DNA from: Octopus bimaculoides
Lineage: Eukaryota
Direction: 5' to 3'
Assembly (NCBI RefSeq): GCF_001194135.2
Contig: NC_068983.1
Span: forward strand, 154,745,905 to 154,797,479
DNA: 51,575 bases
The position numbers and the translations under genes were made by a program. Below are positions 20,671 through 33,195 of this stretch, piece by piece. The notes beneath the pieces were generated by a model. That model worked only from the letters and a program-made list of their open reading frames with translations. It did no database searches and was not told where the DNA came from. Every line of letters starts with the position of its first letter. The stretch's first letter is position 1.

Positions 20671-21607
20671 TATATTTAGAGAGAGAGAGAGAGAGAGAGA
20701 GATTTAGACACATAGAGAGACAGACAGACAGACAGACAGACATACATACAGACAGACAGACAGACAGATAGACAGACAGACAGACAGATAGATAGATAGA
20801 CTAATATAAACAGAGACATAGTGTGAACTTGGAAGTCCCACAGTGACCAGCGATGTCTCAAGGCCGGGAAACCTCAGACTACGTAGAAGATTCTGCAAAA
20901 TATTTTATCTGTCGTTTGTCTCTTGGCTTGACATTTTTTACTATAATTTTTATAACATTATCAAACATTAAAATTATGCGATCTTTTAATAATAATTTAA
21001 GCAACCAACCATTTAATGGGACTCGACTAACCGAAGTATCCCTCGAAAGGAGAAGTTTTCTTTTTCTTATTTGCCTCCCACCCTCCCCCGTTTTCTTTGC
21101 AACGTTGAATTTGCGACCCTTGATTTTTTCAAAACATATTTCGAAATTTTTATGGGCCTTTAAATGTAGTTCTAATTACCATGACGATGTTAACTTTTTC
21201 ATCATTATTTCGTCATGCATAATCAAGCAGCTCATAAGCTTCATGGTTTGTCCCATAAAGTGTTTCTCTTTCCTTTTCTTCTTCCTTTTTTTAACTGTTT
21301 TGAAAGGTACATTGTTTACATCTAGGTCGATTGTACGTGTGTGCGTGCGTATATCAAAAGAAAAAATGAAAGAGGTATGATTAAGAGAAGAAAGAAGAAA
21401 GAAGAGAGCTAAAGGTGAGAAGAGTGTGTGTGAGCATGTGTATGTGTGTTAAGGTCTGAGGTAGGCGGGGAGTGTAAACATGTATAGTATGAAGGTGAGC
21501 GTGTATATGTGTAAGTATATTTGATCATATACCAACAGGAGAAGTGTAAAGGTATGTGAGATAGGTATAGAGAATAACGTATGCGTCGAGTAGGTATGTG
21601 TATAAGG

Positions 21608-21644
<37 letters not shown>

Positions 21645-21821
21645 TATTTGCTTGTGTATGAGAACAAATTTCCATCTTTCTATGTATATGATCTATCAAG
21701 ATAAAGATGAAAGAATAAGATTTTTCATGTCCTTGACCTTGGCAAACCCTCTAATACTGATACATGTTGATGTGGTTCAAGCGCAGATTAATGATTTGTT
21801 GGTCGATATAAATGGTTACAA

Positions 21822-22079
21822 CAGTGATTCTCAACCATCTTTTACCAGTGGTACCTTTGGTTCCTATTTTACTCTGGTGGATTTCATAACAATCCGATGT
21901 TTTAAAAAAATTCCTATTATATTTTTAGAATTGAATATTATTAGGAATTGTATTTAAAAAGATTGTTTAAATATTTTGTATATCGCAGAAGTCTAACCAA
22001 GCTTTTGCGTATAAATTTTAGCGATAAAATCTTATATGGACCCCACCAGAGTCAAATGAACCCCGACTGAGAACCATTG
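21822..22079. mobile_element. hAT-family MITE
   Basis: TIRs CAGTGATTCTCAACC / GACTGAGAACCATTG; 8-bp TSD GGTTACAA / GGTTATAA (7/8). Confidence 0.8.
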
Positions 22080-22699
22080 GGTTATAAAGAAGGCAGAGAA
22101 GAAATTCTAGCGGGTGACATCTTTTGAGAGAGGATTGGTGAAGCTATTTGTGAAGGTTCTGGAATGTGGGATACAATACTGTATGGTAACAGGTAAAAAT
22201 ACGTTTTTGTCATGTACTCTTACATAGAGGTCGTATTCTGAGGAATAAAGGTCTCTGTAGTTGTACATTTCGGATACTTGACTGGTCTAGAGAGAAAATG
22301 TACTCCATAGACATTAAAACCTACAAAATTTCGCAGAGATTTCGAAAGTATACACCAACAAGTAGATGCAAAAGAACCCCAAAATAATACCTTTCGAGTA
22401 AGCAACATAACTCATTCTCTAAAACATGAACAGAACGTAACTAATGGTGTCTCGTTGGCTTTGCTTTCAATGTTAAGCCTCATTATCCACGTAGATCTCC
22501 CATAGCGACCGCACAACCTTAATATATACAAGCACTGAATCTCAAAGACTAGATTTTCTCTTCAGTGTCAGTAAATATTTCAGCCTCATACAATTAGTCT
22601 TTCTACAAAGCTCAAGTTAGGTCTACACACCAGTGTAGCGCTTCCACATCTGAGATAGTACTGCTACTACTGCTACTGCTGTTGCACTTACATTATAGA

Positions 22700-23200
22700 C
22701 TTCATCAACAAAGCATTTGACTGATTAGCATAAAGTTAATCACTTACACACTACTGCCCCTAGCCAACAGACTCGTTATTCCGCCTCTTCTGCCTTTTCT
22801 ACTGTAATAAAACGGCTTCTGCATTTCGGAGCCGGCTGATAATGTACCGTATTCACTTCGGCACTCCCGAATTACTTGTTCCTCCTTCTTTCATCATCTG
22901 TATTTTTTTCCAACCCACCCTCCTAGCTTCGCATAACAGCTACGCCTATTCTTTGCTCACCAGAAATCACACACCGCTGAAACTCCTTTCTTTTATTCTT
23001 GTCTTTCCTGCAGGTGTCGGCTTGCAACAGCTCCAGCGAAACATTGATGACATCTATTTCGGAAGTCCAGCGAAAGCCATGACCACTATTTTGTCGTCCG
23101 AATCCAGCATGTGCAAAAGAATCTTGACATCGACGAGAAGAGGCTTCCATAGAAAGAGGAAAACTGAAAGGCTCTACCTCAGTAGAAAATACCTGTATGT
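22700..23200 (+). mobile_element. Degenerate CR1/Jockey-group LINE 3' fragment (same type as 11740 and 32740)
   Basis: KAFD; LCLFY...NGFCISEPADNVPYSLRHSRITCSS...YAYSLLTR...VFPAGVGLQQLQRNI. Confidence 0.6.
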
Positions 23201-23659
23201 ATGAATAACCGAGTTATTCATACATACATGCAGAGCAACACAAGGAATGCTGGTAGAATATTCCAATCAACTTTAGCCTTAAAAGCCTTAATATAGTTGT
23301 TTGGGACGAAAATTAATGTCTTGTGCACCCTTAGAGAAGACACTGTGCTGCAGATATGCCCCTTTTTCAGGAATCAGTGAGAAAGGGGAAAAATTGGTGT
23401 GCGTAGCTTAATTAGTAAATATTTAAATGAAAATCTTGAACAAGTAGGCTTTTCAAAGAAAGTAAGTTACCAGTTAACAAGCATTTTAGAAATACAATAA
23501 CAATATGCATAACTTTTCTAAAGTTCAGCAAGTAACACTTATCGTATTCGATACCCACTTTGCAGCGATAGAGTTTTGTTTAATTGTCAGGAACAAACAT
23601 CAATCCATATAGGAAAATTAAGATTAGAAAAAAACATAAATGCATACATGAATAATCAC

Positions 23660-24083
23660 ATACTTACATGCATTCATACATACATACATACACACACACA
23701 TACATACACAGTCACACACACACATACATACATACATACATACATACATACATACAGACATATATGCATGCGTACATACATACATACATACACACACACA
23801 GATACATAAACACACGTACATGCACAAGAACATATACACACACATATACATACATACACACACCTACATACATATATACACACAGACATACATACATACA
23901 TACATATATGCATGCATACATACATACATACACACACGTACATACACAAAAACATATACACACACATATACATACATACACACACATACATACATACATA
24001 TATACACACAGATATACATACATACGTACGTACGTACGTACATACATACATACATACATACATGCATACATACATACATACAT
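23660..24083. repeat. Long (TACA)n/(CA)n microsatellite immediately 5' of the R4/Dong-like LINE
   Basis: Direct inspection. Confidence 0.97.
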
Positions 24084-26080
24084 CGTAGGCCACCGTCTTG
24101 AAATTAAACACAAAGAGTGACTGTGTTATCACCGATAGAATACAATATCGCAAAGGCATATTCCAAGGAGACAGTCTCTCTGTGATGTTTATACTCTCTG
24201 TAAACCCCTTGTCATTCATGTTAAGAAAGTCTGAAAGATATCTCACTGGTTCACAAGGAAATAGAAACACCAAAATTACACACTCTTTCTTTGTGGATGA
24301 CTTGAAACTTTATGCAATGAATATGCATGAGATGAAAAAGAACCTTGACCTAGTTACAACATTCTCAAAAGATATAGGGTTGGAGTTTGGTCAGGATAAA
24401 TGTTGTTATATGGCTGTGAAAAGGACGAAAACTATAAACCAAACTAGTAACATCTCCGTCAGTTATTTTACTGTTTTTCGGTATCTGATGAGGAATATTA
24501 CAGGTATTTAGGGGTGAATGAAAATACATCTTACAATCGCACCTGTAACAAAACACGCATCACTAAAGAATATTACAGCCGAATAAAGAAAATTTGGACC
24601 TCAGAACTTTCTGCATTCAATAAAACAGTGGCCCACAATGTGTTTGCAGTGCCAGGACTCATACCAACATTTGGGCTGCTTGATTTGACGCTTGATGAGA
24701 TCCGAGTCATTGATGTAAAAACCTGAAAAATACTAACAAGCACACGTAATTTCCACATAAACAGTAATGTAGACTGCCTCTACCTAAAACGAAAACAAGG
24801 CAGAAGAGACTTAACATTGATCCAAAATGCCTTTTAATGTCGCATCATATCCCTTCGGCAACATCTTTTAACCACCAAGTGTCGAGGTGCATCCCTTGAC
24901 TAAGTATGCAAACGTGAGGCTGATAACATCATAAGACTTGGAAGGCAGCTACTTGAGCAACACTCTTTGTCGGATAACATGCCCGAAGAAGTCGCACGTC
25001 TCTACCGCAGCGCATCATCAGATGAAAGGATGAGCCTATATAGGCAGAAGACTTTGCATGGTTATGTTACTAGAAAGCTCCGTGACGATAGTAACATCGA
25101 TCATCAAAGCAGTTTATCATGGACGAATAGCCGGGTTACTAACTCGCACTTTGAAGTGTATGCGTTTGCAATCCAAGGACAGGAAATATCGACCAAATAC
25201 CTGATGCACAAAAGGGGTAGAGATGCAGGAAAAGCCATAAAATGTGACAACCGATGCAAACTTTGTAGAGTTCACACTGAAGATATCACTCACATCATAA
25301 GCAGTTGTCCGAAAATGTCATCACGGTGTTATCTACCGATGAGACATGACGTTGTAGCTAGGACACTCTATAATGAAATCCGTCAGAAGGATAATCCCGA
25401 CGATTAAGAAATAAGAACCCACAATATGGTAGAAGCCATAGCCACTCATAATAGAAAGGAATATTGGTGGAATATACCAGTGAAGACCTCAATAAAATGT
25501 AAGAACAACAGACCTGTCATAATGATTTAGGACAGAGAAGAGAAACTGTACACAGTTGTAGAAATTAGCTGTATAGCGGATGTTAACATAAAGCTGAAGA
25601 TCAGTGAAAAAGAGAACACCTATGCTAAACTATTGAGAAATCTGCAGTTGCTCTATCCAGATTACAAGTTCAGGTTTATGCCTGTAATTATTGGGGCCCT
25701 GGGATATGTAACAAATATGTAAAAATCTTGAGAAATTAGGCTTTTCACAACCAGAGAGGAGAAAGCTAATTCGAAGGCTACAGATCCAATCCGTCACTGG
25801 AACTGTAAAAATTTGTAAAATTTTCCAAAAGTTTATCATTTAAGTATATATGAGCATGTCTATGTAACTATATACAAAAGAATATATGCATAAAACATAA
25901 AAATCTTCACATCCTTCCATCCATCCATTCATCCATCCATCCATCCATACATACATACATACATACATACATACAAACTCTGTTGTTGATGCTGAAATTC
26001 CAATGAATGAACCTTGGATCTAGGTTAGAAACCAATTCTTTCTCTACTGGTAAAAAATCTTGAGATAAACTAAATAATGA
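24084..26080 (+). mobile_element. 5'-truncated R4/Dong-like non-LTR retrotransposon (RT, CCHC knuckle, restriction-like endonuclease, 3' UTR); pseudogenised
   Basis: KGIFQGDSLS, FFVDDLKLY, YRYLG; CKLCRVHTEDITHIISSC and RHD; NRP.IMI...VVEISC...EKENTYAKL. Multiple stops and frameshifts. Confidence 0.92.
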
Positions 26081-26341
26081 TATACATCTAATATTATAGA
26101 GGTCAGCAGCCAAGCAGATATAGATGTTTCGTGTAAAGAAATAAAAAAAGAAAACATCTGTGGTAAACTAATGCGGAACTATAAGCTCATGTAGCCAATT
26201 AATAAATTCTAACTCATACTTTTCATTAGAAATACACTGCAAAATTCAAAAGCGATGTACGTAAAAACCGGAAAACGCTGAGGTTTCAAGAAAAAGACAA
26301 ATCTAATGAAAGTGCATGCTCCAAATACAATCCACTACTAG

Positions 26342-26640
26342 TGAGGGTGCATGGCCTAGTGTTTAAGGTGTTGCAGTCGCGATCATGTGATAGAGGTTTC
26401 ACTTCCTACACCGGGTGATACCTTGTGTTCTTCAGCAAAACACTTCAACTCATGTTGCTCTGCGATCACTTCGACATCTGACGCGTGGTTCACCGTGCGT
26501 CAGATGTCGAACATCGATTTCGTGGAGAGAGTGAGTTAGTGTACGGCACATACACTTGGTCACTATAAACAAATTATTTGTGCAGGTCTATCAGCAAAAG
26601 CTGAACACTCATACATCGTCTTCGACGGGATATTCCATCA
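26342..26640 (+). mobile_element. SINE with family-C head and a different body/tail (tail 3)
   Basis: GCATGGCCTAGTGTTTAAGGTG head; TTGTGTTCTTCAGCAAAACACTTCA..ATGTTGCTC core shared with 44875; unrelated downstream. Confidence 0.7.
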
Positions 26641-26974
26641 CTGGTACAGGGAAATTTTGTAAAATCATTTCGAAGAATAACATTTGGGTGCAGTTTCATA
26701 TGACATGCATACATGCATAACAAGAAACCACGCATATTCTATTACTAGCGTGACACATTATATCCCAATTAAATGAGCGTAAACAAACACACCTGACATT
26801 CATGTACACGTTGTATATTCACAAATTTCGAGTAATCAGCTTAAATTCTGAGAACAGGAACATAAATTTCTTACGAAAATGTGCGTAGATATATATCTTG
26901 AAAGAAGATCAAGTTTCGGGTGGAGCTGTAGGAAAGAGAAGAAAATGACGCAATAAGAGAAACGAAAGGAAAAG

Positions 26975-27330
26975 TGACATTAAAACGCTTATGGTGATCC
27001 ATTTTTTCGACAGCAAAGGGCATCATTTACATCCACTGAGTTCTCTATGGCCAGAAGGTCAACAAAGAGTACTTTGTAGAGGTTTTGGGGGAGTTCAGGA
27101 AGAGACTTCGTCGCAAGAGGCCAGCTCTTCCGCTCGAGTCAGTGATACCTGCACCAGGACAATGCATCAATCCGCAATTCTATCCTAATAGCCAATAATT
27201 TGACAGAGATAATGGGCGTCAAAACCGTCCCCTCACCCTTCTTTCAGTTCCCTAAGTTGAAAGAGAAGATAAAGGACGCTGTGACAGGGACCCCGGAACA
27301 CCGTCACTTTGGAGGACTATCATGAGGGGC
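26975..27330 (+). mobile_element. Mariner transposase C-terminal fragment
   Basis: MVIHFFDSKG / VNKEYFVEVLGEFRKRLRRKRP / LHQDNA / MGVKTVP, with frameshifts. Confidence 0.85.
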
Positions 27331-28069
27331 TTCGTGATAAATCATAAATAAATAAATAAATTTATTAATCCAATTTATATTGTATATCTTTTATCGATTA
27401 TGAAAATTATTTTTCAGAAATTGCATGAAAAATCGGATTAAGCCCTTTCGCAGCTTTGCTGATTTGGGCAAGTTGGTAGGAGGTCAAAAAATAAGAAATA
27501 GATAGGTCAATAATTACATATATAAAAAAAAAGAAAGATCCTTTGCATGCAAGCAAGGCGGTCAAAAACGTATATAAAAAGTAAATCTCTCTAAGTCTAA
27601 AAAGATAAAATATTACAAACGCTATAAATACTTTAGGTTTATAAAATAAAGTTTATAAATGAGTTTGGTTCAGCAAGTGGGTTTTTAATGATTCTTTTGA
27701 AATTTGACAGCGAAAAAATTTTTGTTAGCTTTCGTGGTAAAATATTATTCCATGTTAGTACTGTTATAAATAAAACCATTTTTTTTTTTTTTTTTTGACA
27801 AATTGATATTTGACAAAAGGGCGCTTCAAAATTCAAGTCAATGATACCTCTTAGCTTGAGTGCAACAATAAGGGCGCTGAAATAAGAGAATCCTACTTTG
27901 AAGATCAGGGTCTTGTACATTTTGAAATTAATGTCTCCTGAAAAGTCTCAAAACGTCTGGAATGCGTCTTGTATGTACATATGTCCATGTGTGTGCATAT
28001 GTATTGTGCGTGTATGTGTGTGTATGTGTACATGTATGCATGTATTATGTGTGTGGGGGGGTGTTACCT

Positions 28070-28480
28070 TTAGTCTTGTACTGATTTCAACCAGAGGATG
28101 AGACACCTTTTAGCCTGATTGGGCTTCTTTTCTGTACTATTTCTGGTGATGTAGCGAGCTGGACAGAACTGCACTTCTTTATTCCTCCTGTCTCGATTTG
28201 GGTTCATCTGGAATCTCATAATAACTTGGTCACGTCTACACCTCACAAATTTATGAGTCTGTCTGACAGAATGTAGAATAGTTGTGGGTTCTTGAAATCC
28301 AAGCTGTTATAGTACTGTTTCCTTAGTCTAGATGGAGAAAGGGGATCTTTAGTACTATGCAGTACCGTCCAGTTTGGTGGTTGGTATAGCTTTCAGGTTC
28401 AAAGTCGGGAGCTTGACCATCCGGAATCTTCCATACGTATATCACTGCATGTCTATATAATCGTATTTCTATACCAGTAT
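28070..28480 (-). mobile_element. Degenerate CR1/L2-group LINE RT C-terminus
   Basis: One frame reads QLGFQ...HKFVR...MNPNRDRRNKEVQFCPARYITRN...LWLKSVQ (cf. LGFLxRN...VRP...WNP...EKVQRRAARYI...LxWxSL). Confidence 0.55.
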
Positions 28481-28504
28481 CTACACATAGGGGCTTACAC
28501 GGAA

Positions 28505-28740
28505 ATACATACATTCATACACACGCACACACACATACACATACACACATACACACATACATACATAAATGCATACATACATACATACATACATACATAC
28601 ATACATACATACATACATACATACATACAAAAATACCTTGTTGGTGTTGTTCAAATTCCAATGAAGGAGCCTTGGATCTGAGTTAGAAACCGGCATTTTC
28701 TCTATTGGCAAGAAATCTTGAAATAAAACTAAATAATATG
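28505..28740 (+). mobile_element. R4/Dong-like LINE 3' UTR fragment beginning within (TACA)n
   Basis: AAAAATACCTTGTT...AAATTCCAATGAAGGAGCCTTGGATC..GTTAGAAACCGG...AATCTTGAAATAAAAC matches 25975-26075 and the reverse complement of 3476-3580. Confidence 0.85.
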
Positions 28741-29544
28741 TACATATTTACACACACAGGTACACACACACTCTCACACACGCACACACACACACACACA
28801 CATACACACACACACACATACATATATAGATATAGATATATACACACACACAGCTGGATGAGAAACAGAGTATGACAGTTATAGAACAAGAGCTAAGGGA
28901 GGACGTAAGAGTGAAATAATGTATGTATGCGTGATTCTGTATGACTATGAAAGAAAACTGTGTCAGACTCCCCCAAAAAATGAAAAGAAACAAGTGAAAG
29001 GTAGAGACACTATTGTCGAAATAAGTCAATGTGAACAACAACAATAAGATCATAAGATCGTGTGTGTGTGTTCTTACATATACATATATTTTATGCATGT
29101 ATGTATGTATGTATGTATGTATGTATGTATGTATGTATGTATGTATGTATGTATAATAGCTAGCTCAGTAACTGTAGAAAACAAGTAGAGCAAATAAGAG
29201 AGAAGAATGGAGCAGAAAATTAGAAAGTGTTTAGAACAGGTAAAGCACAGGTAACTTGCTGATAAAACTGACAGACTGCAATGGTGTCCCAACGTATGTA
29301 GGATATATACATGTGTATTTGTGTGTGAGCGTGTGCATGTGTGTGTATGCGTATGTATGTATGTTTGTGAGTGTATGCGTGTGTGTATGTATGAGTCTGT
29401 GTATATGATGTGTGCATAAACATATTTATGAACATACATTATCGTCATCATTATCTAGTCGGGTGGCTAGTCCAGACATACCCTACATACAGACAGATAC
29501 ACATACACACACGTGTGTGTGTGTGTGTGTGTTGTGTGTACATA

Positions 29545-30015
29545 CATGCCATCCGAGAAAGAAACAGACTTTCCTGGGTTAAATATAGAAAATCCCCTTG
29601 TTGTTGAATACATGCATAACCATTAACACAAGCACTGTTAGTTGAACGTCCTCATAAAAGCTATCAACTTCAAGCATAGCAAGCAAGTTATCGTTGTTTG
29701 GCTCAGAGAAGAAAAAATAACTTCTGTCAGAGATCCACTGTCGTCGCTGTTGTGAAAATCTCTTCGATAATCAAAGCGAAGGAGGATAACAGCTTTGAAA
29801 CCTTCAGTTTTTATATCCAGATTGTAAATTCACGTTTATACAAATAACAATTGGTGCACTTTGTTTTGTGAGTAAATTACTAAGTAACACTGTGGATAAG
29901 CTAGGGCTTTCAGTAAAAGAAATCGACTAGCTAAAATGCTCACAACAAATACAATTTGTATATCTGTTAACGGAGCAATAAAAATATGCAAGACATTTAA
30001 CAAGTCCAAAATATT
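29545..30015 (+). mobile_element. Old R4/Dong-like LINE, RLE domain fragment
   Basis: LNVLIKAINFKHSKQVIVVWLREEK; NLQFLYPDCKFTFIQITIGAL...DKLGLS; ISVNGAIKICKTF. Confidence 0.75.
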
Positions 30016-30029
30016 AATTCGTTTTGATA

Positions 30030-32050
30030 GAAATCTAAAACTCTAACCTAGATGGAATAGCAACAGAGTTTTCGTCAGTTCGACATATCTTCTTTCCATT
30101 GAACTTTAGCATTATTTTGACATTTGGTGGACAAGTGATTTCAACGACTGTGTTGTGTTTAATTCCTTTTCTTTGTACCACATCATTATGTCTACAAGTA
30201 TTCCTTCCTATTACAGGTGTTTATGTACTCACACCGCAGCAGTTTCTTATAATTGTATTCTCCGGATTATCTTTACTCCAAATTTCGTGACAGCATCACA
30301 TGGAAACGTAATGTTATAATGGCATATGCGGGCAGTTACTTGCGATATGGATGACATCAAACTCTGCAGCAGCTGTCGGATCTACGTGGATTACCAGCAT
30401 TTCAGTACATTTTATTCTTCTTACTTTCTGCTTCTTAATTGTAAAAGTATATCCTTCAGAGTTAGAGCAAATATATAAGCCGTTTGTCGAAAACAGACAA
30501 TAGGTTGTTAGTGTTACTGTCATTTGAAGTCTTCTGGAAATATACTCATGCATGAGCATTTGCTGATACAACTCTTCTGATTTCTTGCACTGAGTTGTGC
30601 AACTTTCTTGGGTGTATTCTCTATATCATCAGTCAAGAAATGCTTACAAGAAATTCCTTTGCAGCGCTTATGATCTTATCGGCTTCATGTAAACAGACTT
30701 GATACATAGCTAGACATCGATGGTGGTTAATAAATGTTGGCGGCAAGATATGTTGCGACATTCAAAGGCTGTTTGAATCAATGTTAAACTTTGCTTCCTT
30801 TATTCATTCATCTATCTATCTAGCTAGCTTGCTAGCTAGCTGTGCATTTATCTATATTTGCTTATTCACTTATTTTCGTTTTAAGTGAGGCTGGTCTATA
30901 GCAATCTCGATGTTGATATTCCTGGTATGGGTTAAGAATGCTCGAATTTTAACATCGGTTGCTTGGATCTTATCTAGTGCCTAATCGAGTTGTCCAAATA
31001 TGGATATGAGTACTACTAAAGTAAAACCATAGTGAGTTAGTGATTTCTTGTGTATTCAGACAATATTTTCTTTATCCTGATATTATATTCCCCGGTTACA
31101 CGTTCCTTTTTATAGGTTTTATCACAGGAAATATTTTGAGCTATCCCTAGATATCTGTAACATTCAATATGGGAGAAATAATGAGGCCTTTGACAGAAAT
31201 ATTGCTTGTAGATTACTCTCACTTCACAACATGTAATAACATTTATCCTTGCCAAACACCATTCCAATATCTTCTAACAATGTGGAAACTATGACAAAGT
31301 CTTTTGTGATTCTGTTGGTAATCTTGGTGTATATTTTTAAATCGTTCACAAAGAAGCAACATGTTAAGTTGGTGTTAATATCTCCCTGTGAACCAAAGCC
31401 TTCAGATTTCTTTAAACAAAAATAAAACGATAAGAGATTTACATCAAGTACAAACAGCAAAGGCTCTCTAACATCAACTGGTGAGAAATAGAATCGAATG
31501 CTTCCTTATAAGTCAGGCTATCTGTAAATAAACTTCTTTGCTGTCACACTTTCGACATCGCAGTTTTATTGATTAGTTGTTGCTCAATAAATCTTTGGAC
31601 TTCCTTCTTTCGGCAGTTTGTTTGACTGAGATGATTTTGTATTACTACAGTGAACCTAGAGAAATAGATTCAGACAGGTTTTATTCATTTATGTATTAAA
31701 TTCCGGCATGCAATTAGCCGCAATTTCTTCGTCGCATGAGTGACTGTGCTTTTTGTTATCAGGCCGATATTTTGCCGATGCCAACTAGCTTCCAATATCT
31801 ATATCTCCAATCACAGTTTACTACTAAAAGTCAATCATACCTCTTCCTGATGCTCCCTATTCCGAAAATTTTTCATAATAATCTCAAGGATATCCCCATT
31901 AAAATTGTATGTTTCTGTGTGTGTAGTACAGGGACAATATTTCTTTTAGACTTCACCTACTCCACCACCTCCTTGCTAGATTCCTTTTTCCTTACTCCAC
32001 GTTTTACTACATAATAAATCCGTATCTTCCTGCGATCCAGCTTTACAGAG
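30030..32050 (-). mobile_element. Old R4/Dong-like LINE (RT to RLE), heavily decayed
   Basis: *GASGRGMIDF***; EQQLINK...YKEAFDSISH; FFVNDLKIY...DIGMVFGKDKC; YRYLGI; DIMMWYKEKE...VVEITCP; colinear with 24084-25700. Confidence 0.85.
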
Positions 32051-32287
32051 TATATTACTTAGAACTAAGGCTGGAGGTGCTTTCTTACATACATGGAATT
32101 AATCATTTCATATGGCCAGCAATGTACTGTTGCGTGTTTTCACACACATACAGACACACACACATATAAAGACTAGATTTTCATCCATAAAAAAATAGAC
32201 TTCACCTTATACACCGAAGTAATTAGAGATGAGTGTGAACTACTAAATAGATGTACAATATTATATGCCGATTTTCAGAGTTGTCAA

Positions 32288-32531
32288 GGTGGCGAGCTGG
32301 CAGAACCGTTAGCACGCCGGGCTAAATGCTTAGAGGTATTTCGTCTGCCGATACGTTTCTAAGTTCAAATTCCGCCGAGGTCGACTTTGCCTTTCATCTT
32401 TTCGATAAATTAAATACCAATGGTACTTAATGGGGTCGATAAATTAAGTACCAATGAAACACTGGGGTCGACGTCATCGACAAGTCCTCTCCCCACAAAT
32501 TTCGGACCTTGTGTCTTGAGTAGAAAGGATT
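32288..32531 (+). mobile_element. SINE family B, type-2 tail, with a local duplication-inversion
   Basis: GGTGGCGAGCTGGCAGAACCGTTAGCACGCCGGG...GTAGAAAGGAT. Confidence 0.88.
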
Positions 32532-32739
32532 TTCAGATTACCGAAATTAAAAAATAATTAAAATAATTCTAGTGAATGATTTATAATGACATTTTCTTCA
32601 ACTATTATTTCTAATTAGTTTCATTATAACTATTAACAATTCTTTAATGCTTTCCAGTGTGATATGCGCATGTGTGTACGTGTGCTCGTGCGCGTGCGCG
32701 TAAAAGACCAGAAGATAATTCAGGATGCAGCATTAATTG

Positions 32740-33170
32740 ACTCTCTACAAAACTCAGGTGATGCCCGCAACGGCGTATTGCCCACCCATCTGGAGCGGTA
32801 CTGCTGTTGCTCACTCACACATCTCAAACAGTAACCAGAAAAGGCCACCAGTATAAATTGTGACTGAAATAAAACCACTCGCAGACACACCGAGGCCTGT
32901 AAACTACGGGTATACGACGTCCTCTCTTGACTTGTCAGCCACTACTCTAACAGCGTCTGCTCCTCAGAGGTAGCTGGACTCATACCACCTTCACTCGGGC
33001 ATGCTCGTCTCACTAACCTTTCCTCCTTTCATCCTCTTTGCTGTGTATAACCGCACAGGCGCCGCACTTATCACCCAGAGCTTCAATCCAACTAGAATTC
33101 ATACCTCCTGCTCCTGTATTTACACGGGTGTTGATTTACAAAGGTTCAAGTCACCGGTCTAGTAGTGTCT
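32740..33170 (+). mobile_element. Degenerate CR1/Jockey-group LINE 3' fragment
   Basis: YKTQVMPATAYCPPIWSG; VCSSEVAGLIPPSLGHARLT...HP; VDLQRFKS. Confidence 0.7.
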
Positions 33171-33195
33171 ATAAATATCATAGAGTCAGATACAA

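Noticed and set aside
20853-21380. 175-aa hydrophobic ORF that could look like a membrane protein
   Set aside because: F/L/I richness follows from T-rich composition; no recognisable motif or splice context.
22842-23204. ORF with an apparent strong splice acceptor (TTCTTGTCTTTCCTGCAG at ~23012), suggesting a host exon
   Set aside because: The frame reads through the AG as LINE ORF2 C-terminus (...VFPAGVGLQQLQRNI) matching the 32740 relic.
23576-24273. Many long ORFs rich in Y/I/H/T or C/V/M/Y (also near 4001, 19246, 28748, 29074, 51011)
   Set aside because: Translations of (TACA)n/(TG)n/(TA)n microsatellites, which lack stops in most frames.
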